From an uncultured Clostridia bacterium (GTDB lineage Bacteria; Bacillota; Clostridia; TANB77; CAG-508), in NCBI GenBank assembly GCA_934130085.1, contig CAKOXK010000002.1:4613-68612 (forward strand): DNA of 64,000 nucleotides, read 5' to 3'. Shown here one piece after another: positions 43,469 to 51,610 of this stretch. Made by a program: the position numbers and the translations under genes. A model generated the notes under the pieces. It was given only the letters and a program-made list of their open reading frames with translations. It did no database searches and was not told the DNA's origin. Position 1 is the stretch's first letter. Each line of letters begins with the position of its first letter.

Positions 43469-44131
43469 TTAAAGTCCCGAGCCAACACACAACACCGCAC
43501 GAGACGAATCGCTACTGCTACTAACACCATTGTCGTTATTATAGCCAAAGAGCGCATTGTAGCTACGTTTGAATACAGGGCCGCCAGAAGTAACAAAACC
43601 AGCGCTGGACGAGCTTTTCCAGTTTTTGGTTTCTAGCGTAGCATCTCCTCTTTTTGCTACCTCTCCTGTATATATATTAACATATCTGCTATCTGCATTT
43701 TTCAATTTTGACATATAATCATTTGATGTATTGTAAATACCTGCTACATATTCGTATGTCCCATCTGCCATTTGAAAAATTCCTGTTGCATTGCCTGTTG
43801 TTGAAGCATCTGACCTACCTGATGGAGCACTTCCATAAGGTGATGCTGCAAGCATTGCTGCTGCTCCCCATTCAGTATTCTTAGCCATGTGTACATCAAC
43901 TCCATTATTGCTTGAATCTAAATAAGTGGTGCTATCTAATTGAGCTTTTTTACCTAGTGTTCCTCCTTCAACTTCCATTTGCCTTATTTTTACAAAGAAA
44001 TCATTTGCTGTTGTATTCTTTAAACTAGTTACCCCAGGTCTTGATTGAACCGCCGCATTTACTTTTCCTGTTAACATGAAAGCAGTTAAAATTCCAACAG
44101 TAAAAACTATTGCTGACTTTTTTATTTTCAT
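43469..44131 (-). CDS. DGR target protein: small secreted variable protein (220 aa, SPase-I-type signal peptide, C-terminal variable region)
   Basis: Signal peptide MKIKKSAIVFTVGILTAFMLTGKVNA; the last ~46 codons are the VR, homologous to the TR through the stop codon. Confidence 0.85.
   Translation of the reverse strand: MKIKKSAIVFTVGILTAFMLTGKVNAAVQSRPGVTSLKNTTANDFFVKIRQMEVEGGTLGKKAQLDSTTYLDSSNNGVDVHMAKNTEWGAAAMLAASPYGSAPSGRSDASTTGNATGIFQMADGTYEYVAGIYNTSNDYMSKLKNADSRYVNIYTGEVAKRGDATLETKNWKSSSSAGFVTSGGPVFKRSYNALFGYNNDNGVSSSSDSSRAVLCVGSGL
43473..43612 (-). other. DGR variable repeat (VR) at the 3' end of the target gene
   Basis: See the TR entry. Substitutions are at AAY codon positions 1 and 2 (for example TR AAT to VR GAT, AAC to AGC/GAC/TAC/GGC). 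Confidence 0.9.
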
Positions 44132-44164
44132 TTGTTCTTCCTTTCCTTTTACTTTTACTTTTTT

Positions 44165-44200
44165 ATCATTAAGTTATCCTAAAGTAAGTAACTTAATGAT
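44165..44200. promoter_or_regulatory. perfect 36-bp palindrome (12-bp arms ATCATTAAGTTA/TAACTTAATGAT, 12-nt spacer) 34 bp upstream of the DGR target start; the left member of a 30-bp inverted repeat pair
   Basis: Direct inspection; the partner lies at 44356-44385. Confidence 0.7.
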
Positions 44201-44310
44201 AAAAATAAATTAGCTAAAGTTCACCAAAATGCAGTATTCCGTAAGAATTATTCTAATGTAGTAAGACTTATTTTTAATGTTACATGTATATTACGCAAGT
44301 ACGAAAAAAG

Positions 44311-44339
44311 TTGAAATTTTGCCTATTTTATAGTATTTT
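44311..44339 (+). promoter_or_regulatory. candidate sigma-A promoter (TTGAAA-N17-TATTTT) inside the IR-bracketed segment, currently facing the + strand gene at 44604
   Basis: Hexamer match and spacing only. Confidence 0.3.
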
Positions 44340-44355
44340 ATACATATAGTTAGTT

Positions 44356-44385
44356 ATCATTAAGTTACTTACTTTAGGATAACTT
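44356..44385. repeat. right member of the 30-bp perfect inverted repeat (reverse complement of 44171-44200)
   Basis: ATCATTAAGTTACTTACTTTAGGATAACTT equals the reverse complement of AAGTTATCCTAAAGTAAGTAACTTAATGAT. Confidence 0.8.
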
Positions 44386-44603
44386 TTACCTTTTTTAAAC
44401 AATAAACTGTATTTTCTATTTTTTGTTCTTAAGCACTAAACAATAATATTTAGTGTTTTTATTTTTGTTTTTTCTTTTATCTTTTCCAAACTATTTTTCA
44501 TTTTTACTATATTAATTTTAAGTAACACCATTTGTTTTCATACATACTATATAATGTGAATAATTATTAATTTTTTAATAATAATATAACTATTGGAGGA
44601 ATT

Positions 44604-45461
44604 ATGGTTGCTTTTTCAGTGAAGGACTCTGATAAAAAAGTTATATATTTACTTTATGATTACTTATGCCAAATTGAATGGATTGATGTAGATTTTGAGA
44701 AACATTTTTCTAAAGGATTTTATGTAGTTGTTTTTAAATATAAAGGTTCAGATTTTAATGAGTTTTTGGACAATTTTTCTTATGTTATTGCATCTTTTAT
44801 TTTAAGATATTATGAGCATTTAATTGTTAAATATTTGATTAATACTGATTATTGTTATTTTGAGAAGAATGAAAAATTAGTTATCGAGCAAGAATTTGGA
44901 CTTTTAAATAAGCCCAATATAGTAAAGTCTAATAGGAAGCTTATTTGTAAATTGACTAAAAGTTATGCAATGCAGAATAGTTTTTTTGTTTTTAGAGGTT
45001 TTATTTGCTTTGCATTATCTGATTATATTTCTGTTCTAAAAGAACTTGTTCAAGAGTCTGTTAATCAATTTATTATTGATAAAGAGTATTTGAGGTTTGT
45101 AGATATGCTAAGAGATTATATTAGAAACAGCGTTTGTAAAACGTCAACAATTCATCTATTATATTTAAATAACATTGCTTACTTAATTGATGATGATGGC
45201 AAGGATATTGCCCTTGATGATTTTTCAAGAACCTTCGTTTCTGATATTTCTTTTTCAAAAAACGACTATGTTTTAAATACCTTGGTAGGAATGGCTCCAA
45301 GTAAAGTTGTTATTCATTTGCTTTCTCCAGCTGACCAGTTCATTAGAACAATTCAATTAATTTTTGAAAATAGAGCAATACTTTGCACCTCATGTGATAT
45401 TTGTGAGAATTACAAAAAAAGCTTAGAAAAAATTAAAGATTCAGGAAAGTGCAATAATTAA
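44604..45461 (+). CDS. hypothetical protein (285 aa; a possible but weak resemblance to the sporulation protein YtxC family)
   Basis: GGAGG RBS 8 nt upstream of the ATG; consistent codon usage. Confidence 0.5.
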   Translation: MVAFSVKDSDKKVIYLLYDYLCQIEWIDVDFEKHFSKGFYVVVFKYKGSDFNEFLDNFSYVIASFILRYYEHLIVKYLINTDYCYFEKNEKLVIEQEFGLLNKPNIVKSNRKLICKLTKSYAMQNSFFVFRGFICFALSDYISVLKELVQESVNQFIIDKEYLRFVDMLRDYIRNSVCKTSTIHLLYLNNIAYLIDDDGKDIALDDFSRTFVSDISFSKNDYVLNTLVGMAPSKVVIHLLSPADQFIRTIQLIFENRAILCTSCDICENYKKSLEKIKDSGKCNN

Positions 45462-45631
45462 ATTATCAAAATAATCTTTATTATAGTAATAAAAGTTACT
45501 AAATAATGATGGAAATTTTAAAAAATGTAATAATGTTAATTATTGCATTTTATTTTCTTTATGTTATATAATTAAATTATAAATTTTCAAACATACAACG
45601 CAGCATTTAGAAGAAATAGAAAGGAATTTAT

Positions 45632-46408
45632 ATGATAGCTTTAGTTACTGGGGCTTCCTCAGGTATTGGAAAAGATATTGCAGTGGAGCTTGCCAAAAAA
45701 GGATATGATATTATTGCAGTTGCAAGAAATGAAGATAAATTAATTGAATTAAAAACATATATTGAAAGTAGTATTCCTAATAGACGTGTTTTTGTAAAAA
45801 TATGTGATTTAAGTATATCTGATAATTGCATAAAGCTTCATGATGATATTTTTAATGATTTCGGTACAATTGATGTTCTTATTAATAATGCAGGATTTGG
45901 AACTTGCGGCAAGTTTACTGATACTTCACTTGATAAAGAAATAAATATGATTGATACCAATATAAAAGCTCTTCATATTTTGATGAAACTTTTTTTACAG
46001 GATATGTGCAAAGTTAATTACGGCTATATAATGAATGTTGCATCTATTGCAGGTTTTATGCCTGGTCCTTTAATGGCCACATATTATTCTTCAAAAGCGT
46101 ATGTTGTTAGGCTCACCGAAAGTGTACGTGAGGAGCTATTTATGGAAGGTTCAAAAGTTAAAGTTTCAGCTCTTTGTCCAGGCCCTGTAAAAACCAATTT
46201 TAACAAGGTTGCAAATGTTAAATTTAGTGTACCTGGTCAAAATAGTCCTTTTGTTGCAAAATACGCTGTATTTAAAATGTTCTTAAATAGAACTCTTATA
46301 TTTCCAAGCTTTTTTATATGGATATATAGATTGTTATGCAAGATTTTACCTGATAAAATTTCAGCATTTATAAATTATTTTATGCAAAAAAGAAAAATTG
46401 TACGTTAA
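45632..46408 (+). CDS. short-chain dehydrogenase/reductase family oxidoreductase
   Basis: ALVTGASSGIGKDIA Rossmann motif, NNAG, YxxxK. Confidence 0.8.
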   Translation: MIALVTGASSGIGKDIAVELAKKGYDIIAVARNEDKLIELKTYIESSIPNRRVFVKICDLSISDNCIKLHDDIFNDFGTIDVLINNAGFGTCGKFTDTSLDKEINMIDTNIKALHILMKLFLQDMCKVNYGYIMNVASIAGFMPGPLMATYYSSKAYVVRLTESVREELFMEGSKVKVSALCPGPVKTNFNKVANVKFSVPGQNSPFVAKYAVFKMFLNRTLIFPSFFIWIYRLLCKILPDKISAFINYFMQKRKIVR

Positions 46409-46493
46409 GTTAACAAGAATAAGCCTTAAAGAATATTTCATTTTTCAGTAAATAGAAAAGCTCTATAACTTTCTTCATTATACAAAATATAGA

Positions 46494-46635
46494 AGAAATC
46501 GAAAGATATATTGTTTTTCAATTTTGCGTTAGCGATCAAGCGAAGCGCGAATGTTTCTTTCTTCCTAAAGTTAATCTTGACTAGTGAAGAAAGAAACGAA
46601 CAAAAAATTGAAAAACAATATATCTTTCGATTTCT
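46494..46635. repeat. copy 3 of the ~140-bp palindromic repeat element, between convergent SDR and rplQ genes
   Basis: Perfect 32-bp outer inverted arms AGAAATCGAAAGATATATTGTTTTTCAATTTT / AAAATTGAAAAACAATATATCTTTCGATTTCT; the core is identical to copy 2 except at 2-3 positions. Confidence 0.85.
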
Positions 46636-46674
46636 TTAATTAATTATAATTATTAATAAATTATAATTATACAA

Positions 46675-47196
46675 TTAAACAAGTTTTAATATAACTGTTT
46701 CAGCTGCGTCTCCTCTGCGTTGTCCTTTTTTAATTATTTGTGTATATCCACCAACTCTTGATTGATATCTTGGTGCTATAACATTAAATAATTTATCTGT
46801 TAAGTCGATGTTAACTCCATCTTCATCCTTAACTTTATTTAAACTTGCTATCATTTTTCTTCTAGCATTTAATCTTGAAGGTTTATCTTTTTGTCTCTTC
46901 TCTGTTTTATTTTCTTTAACTACTTTTAAGAATTCTTTACCGTTTTTGCTTTTAACTAATTCAGTTTCTTTGTTTCCTTTGCTATCAAGTTTTGCTTTTA
47001 CTACTTTAGCATCAACTTCTTCAAAATTATCTTTTTCTTTAACTGCAAGTGCTATTAGACTATCTGCTAATGATTTAACTTCTTTAGCTCTAGCTTCAGT
47101 TGTTTCAATTTGTTCATGCCAAATTAAGTCTGTAGTTAAATTTTTAAGAATAGCCATACGTGCATCAGTTGGTCTTCCTAACTTTCTATTTGCCAT
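46675..47196 (-). CDS. rplQ: 50S ribosomal protein L17 (173 aa, with a charged internal insertion/extension)
   Basis: N-terminus MANRKLGRPTDARMAILKNLTTDLIWHEQIETTEARAKE is L17. Confidence 0.9.
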   Translation of the reverse strand: MANRKLGRPTDARMAILKNLTTDLIWHEQIETTEARAKEVKSLADSLIALAVKEKDNFEEVDAKVVKAKLDSKGNKETELVKSKNGKEFLKVVKENKTEKRQKDKPSRLNARRKMIASLNKVKDEDGVNIDLTDKLFNVIAPRYQSRVGGYTQIIKKGQRRGDAAETVILKLV

Positions 47197-47327
47197 TTTA
47201 GTTTCCTTTCTAAAGATTTTTATTAATTATTGGAATATTTAAATATTTAAGATATTTAATCAAATTAAATTAGTTAATCTATTTAAATATTCAACAAATT
47301 AATATTTGAATTTTAAAAATCCTTTAA

Positions 47328-48275
47328 TTATTCTTCTTCTTTTCTTAGGTCAAATCCCATATCATGTAATTTTGCAATTACTTCATCAAGTGATTTTTTA
47401 CCTAAGTTTTTAACTTTCATCATATCATTTTCTGTTTTATTTGTTAAATCTTCAACAGTTGATATACCCGATCTCTTTAAACAGTTAAATGATCTAACTG
47501 ATAATTCAAGTTCTTCAATTGGTTTTTCAAGCATTTTTTCTTTCTTGTTTTCTTCTTTTTCAACCATTATTTGTGTATTCTTAGCTGTTTCTGATAAATC
47601 AACAAATAATTTTAAATGTTCTGATAATACTTTTGCTGCTAAGCTTAATGCTTCATAAGGCTCTAAACTTCCGTCTGTCCATATTTCCATTGTAAGTTTA
47701 TCATAATCTACCATTTGTCCAACTCTAGTATTTTCAACAGAGTAATTTACCTTTTTTACTGGTGTATAAATTGAATCTATTGAGATAACTCCAATTGGTT
47801 GATTTGGTGTTTTATTTTTTTCTGCGGTATTATATCCTCTACCCATATCAGCAACTAAATCTATATGTAGGCTTCCACCTTTAGATACTGTAGCAATGTG
47901 TAGATCTGGATTAAGTATTTCTACTGTTCCATCTGTAATGATATCTCCAGCCTTTACTTCGCCTTCACCCTTAAAGTCAATTCTTAATGATTTTTCTTCG
48001 TTTTTATCAAGCTTTAGTCTAACCATTTTTAGGTTAAGTATTATTTCTGGTACATCTTCTACAACGTTTGGTATTGTTGTAAATTCATGCTCAGCACCGT
48101 CAATCTTTACACTCTTGATTGCACATCCAGGTAAAGAAGAAAGTAATATTCTTCTTAATGAATTACCAATTGTTATACCATAACCTCTTTCTAATGGCTC
48201 GCAAACGAATTTACCATATCTTTTAACTTTATCGATTTCTAGACATTTGATATTTGGCTTTTCAAATTCTATCAT
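47328..48275 (-). CDS. rpoA: DNA-directed RNA polymerase alpha subunit
   Basis: 315 aa with N-terminal and C-terminal alpha domains; lies between rpsD and rplQ. Confidence 0.95.
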   Translation of the reverse strand: MIEFEKPNIKCLEIDKVKRYGKFVCEPLERGYGITIGNSLRRILLSSLPGCAIKSVKIDGAEHEFTTIPNVVEDVPEIILNLKMVRLKLDKNEEKSLRIDFKGEGEVKAGDIITDGTVEILNPDLHIATVSKGGSLHIDLVADMGRGYNTAEKNKTPNQPIGVISIDSIYTPVKKVNYSVENTRVGQMVDYDKLTMEIWTDGSLEPYEALSLAAKVLSEHLKLFVDLSETAKNTQIMVEKEENKKEKMLEKPIEELELSVRSFNCLKRSGISTVEDLTNKTENDMMKVKNLGKKSLDEVIAKLHDMGFDLRKEEE

Positions 48276-48328
48276 TTTTACCTCCTAATAATTACGAGAA
48301 CGAATCTCACTATACAAATTATAAAACA

Positions 48329-48955
48329 TTATTTAGAATATAATTCAACGATTAAGTGTTCCTCAACTGGTAAATCAATATCTTCTCTAGCAGCTAATCT
48401 AACTACTTTTCCGCTTAATTTTGCTGCGTCTTTTTCTAGCCATGTTGGAACTGGTCTTGCTTCGTTAGCTTCAACTGAAGCTTTGATTGTTCCATTATCT
48501 TTTTTAATTTCTCTAACAGAAATAACATCTCCTGCTTTTACTAAGTATGATGGAATGTTAACCTTTCTTCCATTTACATCAAAAGCTGCATGTGTTACAA
48601 GCATTCTAGCTTGTGTTCTTGAACTTGCAAATCCTAATCTATAAACTACATTATCTAATCTGCTTTCTAGGATTGATAGTAATTTATCACCTGTTTTTTC
48701 TTTAGAATTTGCTGCCATTTCGAAGTATTTTCTAAATTGCTTTTCTCCAACACCATAATATGCTTTTGTTTTTTGCTTTTCTCTTAATTGTGTACCATAT
48801 TCAGAAAGCTTTGCTTTCTTTTGACCATTTTGACCTGGAGCATAATTTCTTCTATTTATGCTACATTTATCAGAATAGCATCTTTCGCCTTTTAAGAAAA
48901 GTTTTTGTCCTTCTCTACGGCAGATACGGCACATTTCGTCCTTATATCTAGACAT
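48329..48955 (-). CDS. rpsD: 30S ribosomal protein S4
   Basis: [26 protein letters not shown] zinc-finger-type S4 N-terminus. Confidence 0.95.
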   Translation of the reverse strand: MSRYKDEMCRICRREGQKLFLKGERCYSDKCSINRRNYAPGQNGQKKAKLSEYGTQLREKQKTKAYYGVGEKQFRKYFEMAANSKEKTGDKLLSILESRLDNVVYRLGFASSRTQARMLVTHAAFDVNGRKVNIPSYLVKAGDVISVREIKKDNGTIKASVEANEARPVPTWLEKDAAKLSGKVVRLAAREDIDLPVEEHLIVELYSK

Positions 48956-48981
48956 TTTATATTTCCTCCATTTCTTTCAAA

Positions 48982-49377
48982 CTATACTCTTCTTCTTTTT
49001 GGTGGTCTGCATCCATTATGAGGGATTGGAGTAACATCTTTAATTGATGTGATTTCTAATCCTGCTGTTTGTAATGATCTGATTGCAGATTCACGACCAG
49101 CACCTGGTCCTTTAACATAAACTTCAACAGTTTTTAATCCATGTTCCATAGCTGCTTTTGCTGCTGTTTCAGCAACTTCTCCAGCTGCAAATGGTGTGCT
49201 CTTTCTAGAACCTTTAAAACCAAGTCCGCCAGCACTAGCCCATGATAAAACGTTTCCTTGAACATCAGAAATTGTAACTATTGTATTGTTAAAGCTTGAA
49301 TGAATATGAGCTTTTCCGCTTTCAATATTCTTGCTAACTTTTCTTCTAGTTGTTTTCTTTGCGACAGTCTTTGCCAT
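48982..49377 (-). CDS. rpsK: 30S ribosomal protein S11
   Basis: 131 aa; S11 signature. Confidence 0.95.
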   Translation of the reverse strand: MAKTVAKKTTRRKVSKNIESGKAHIHSSFNNTIVTISDVQGNVLSWASAGGLGFKGSRKSTPFAAGEVAETAAKAAMEHGLKTVEVYVKGPGAGRESAIRSLQTAGLEITSIKDVTPIPHNGCRPPKRRRV

Positions 49378-49394
49378 TATTTTATTCTCCTTCC

Positions 49395-49766
49395 TTATTT
49401 ATCAGCCTTGCTCTTGCTAACCAACTTACGTGGTCCTTTTCTAGTACGAGCATTTGTTTTTGTTCTTTGTCCTCTAACTGGAAGACCTCTCTTATGTCTT
49501 GTTCCTCTGTAGCATCCCATTTCAACTAATTGTTTAATGTTAAGAGCTACTTCTCTTCTTAAATCACCTTCAACAACATAGTCAGACATAGCTTTTCTTA
49601 TTGCTTGTTCTTGTTCTGCTGTTAAATCTTTTACTCTTGTATCTGGATTAACTCCAGCTTCTTTAAGAATTTTTTGAGATGTTTTTAAACCTATACCATA
49701 AATGTATGTAAGTCCTATCTCTACCCTTTTTTCTTTTGGTAGTTCAACTCCTGCTAAACGAGCCAT
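49395..49766 (-). CDS. rpsM: 30S ribosomal protein S13
   Basis: [26 protein letters not shown]. Confidence 0.95.
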   Translation of the reverse strand: MARLAGVELPKEKRVEIGLTYIYGIGLKTSQKILKEAGVNPDTRVKDLTAEQEQAIRKAMSDYVVEGDLRREVALNIKQLVEMGCYRGTRHKRGLPVRGQRTKTNARTRKGPRKLVSKSKADK

Positions 49767-50012
49767 TTTTCATTCCTTTCTGAGATTTTTTACCTCTTTA
49801 TATGTAATATTTTTTGCTTTTTGTTTTATCAATAAATAATAAAGGTGAAATGCATTAAAATAAAATATAGATAATTTAATAAGAAAGGTTTTAATCAAAT
49901 TATTATATTTTAAATTAATCTTTAAATTTGTTGATAAATAAATATATATAAACGTAAAATCTAAAATCAGCCGCTCACTAGACTTTACGTTAATACCTAA
50001 ATTAAAATGTAA

Positions 50013-50126
50013 TTATCCTTGTCTTTGTTTATGCTTTGGGTTTGAGCATATAACTCTAACAACACCTTTTCTTTTGATAACTTTGCATTTTTCGCACATA
50101 GGCTTTACTGATGGTCTAACCTTCAT
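50013..50126 (-). CDS. rpmJ: 50S ribosomal protein L36 (37 aa; not in the ORF track)
   Basis: Manual translation gives [37 protein letters not shown]. Confidence 0.9.
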   Translation of the reverse strand: MKVRPSVKPMCEKCKVIKRKGVVRVICSNPKHKQRQG

Positions 50127-50253
50127 TTCACTTGCACCTCCTATTTTATTCTAATGTATGATATGTGAAGTCAAGCGTAAGATTTTTACACCTCACTTCA
50201 CCTATCAACATTAGTGATTTATATTTTTTATTAAAAACATTTTAGAAATTTAA

Positions 50254-50472
50254 TTACTTTGCTCTCCAAGTAATTCTACCTTTTGTTAAATCATAAGGTG
50301 ATAATTCTAATTTTACTTTATCGCCTGGAAGAATTTTGATGTAATTCATTCTCAATTTTCCAGAGATATGAGCCAAAACTTCATGTCCATTTTGTAATTT
50401 AACTTTAAATAGAGTATTAGGTAATGCTTCTGATACAACACCCTCAACCTCTATTACATCTTCTTTAGACAT
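50254..50472 (-). CDS. infA: translation initiation factor IF-1
   Basis: 72-aa S1-like protein: [13 protein letters not shown]... Confidence 0.95.
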   Translation of the reverse strand: MSKEDVIEVEGVVSEALPNTLFKVKLQNGHEVLAHISGKLRMNYIKILPGDKVKLELSPYDLTKGRITWRAK

Positions 50473-50544
50473 ACGTCCTCCTTAAGTAATTAGTTTGCAT
50501 AATGCATTATTTTGTTGCAATAGCTATTATATTATATAATAATA

Positions 50545-51315
50545 TTATTCTAATGTCAATATTTCTGGTTCTTTTTCTGTAATTAAAATCGTATTTTCAT
50601 AGTGTGCTGATAGACTTTCATCATAAGTCCAGATAGACCATCCATCATCACCCTCACATATTTCTCTTGATCCTGCAACAACCATTGGTTCAATTGCAAG
50701 TGTCATTCCCGGCTCTAATCTTATACCTCTTCCGGCTTTTCCATAGTTTGGAATTCCTGGATCTTCGTGCATTTCTCTTCCGATACCGTGACCTTCAAAT
50801 TCTCTTATTACATTAAATCCATTTTTTTCAACATAAGCTTGTATTGCGTGGCTAATATCTCCTAAACGGTTTCCTTTTTTTGCAAACTTTATGCCCTCAA
50901 AAAAAGCTTGCTTTGTAACTTCTACAAGTCTTTTAGCTTCGGGAGTTGTTTCACCTACGATGAAGGTTCTGCAACAATCACCGTTGAATCCATCTTTATA
51001 AGCAACAAGATCACAGCTTATAATATCTCCTTCTCTTAGAACTACCCTTGATGAAGGAATTCCATGTATAATATTATCATTAACAGATGCACAAATTGAT
51101 GCTGGAAAATCAGGTACACCTTTCATTCCACTTGGATATCCTTTTTCTGCTGGTATTGCGCCATTTTCCTTCATTGTTTCTTCTGCTATTCTATCTAGCT
51201 CAAGAGTTGTTACTCCAGGTTTAATTGCTCTTTCAATGGCCTTTTGTGCTAAGTTTGCAACTCTGCAAGCCTCTCTCATTTTTTCAATTTCTGATTTCGA
51301 CTTTATAGTTACCAT
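50545..51315 (-). CDS. map: type I methionine aminopeptidase
   Basis: 256 aa with pita-bread metal ligands (D...D...H...E...E pattern). Confidence 0.92.
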   Translation of the reverse strand: MVTIKSKSEIEKMREACRVANLAQKAIERAIKPGVTTLELDRIAEETMKENGAIPAEKGYPSGMKGVPDFPASICASVNDNIIHGIPSSRVVLREGDIISCDLVAYKDGFNGDCCRTFIVGETTPEAKRLVEVTKQAFFEGIKFAKKGNRLGDISHAIQAYVEKNGFNVIREFEGHGIGREMHEDPGIPNYGKAGRGIRLEPGMTLAIEPMVVAGSREICEGDDGWSIWTYDESLSAHYENTILITEKEPEILTLE

Positions 51316-51493
51316 TTGTTTTGCCTTTCTATAATATAATGTTTTGAAAGATTTTCATTTGCCATTTATTTCAAATGTAAATTACTCATCATTCAAAACA
51401 TAATTATTTGTAATTTTTTAAATATTTATTATCATTTATAATACTTTTAATCCTTAGTTACTTATTGTTTAATACTTGTATTAAGTATTCGAT

Positions 51494-51563
51494 ATTTAGT
51501 ATTTAATATTTAATATTTAATATTTAATATTTGATATTTGATATTTAGTATTTGATATTAAAT
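51494..51563. repeat. ten tandem 7-bp units ATTT(A/G)(A/G)T in the adk-map intergenic region
   Basis: Direct inspection: atttagt atttaat x4 atttgat x2 atttagt atttgat attaaat. Confidence 0.8.
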
Positions 51564-51610
51564 TCTCATTTTTTAATTCTGAGTGTTTAACATTAATATT
51601 GCATTTAGTT

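Noticed and set aside
43430-43472. Possible DGR cruciform/hairpin just downstream of the VR
   Set aside because: Only a weak imperfect stem (GGGAC…GTCTGCCC) could be drawn. It is not convincing as the GC-rich hairpin seen in prototype DGRs.
43120-43524. 134-aa + strand ORF spanning the DGR TR and VR
   Set aside because: It runs antisense to the target gene, through the intergenic TR and an AT-rich low-complexity spacer. Its product is an implausible hydrophobic peptide, and it is an artefact of the repeat pair.
51494-51563. 7-bp tandem arrays as a CRISPR array
   Set aside because: The period is far too short (7 bp with no spacers) and there are no cas genes. These are simple tandem repeats.
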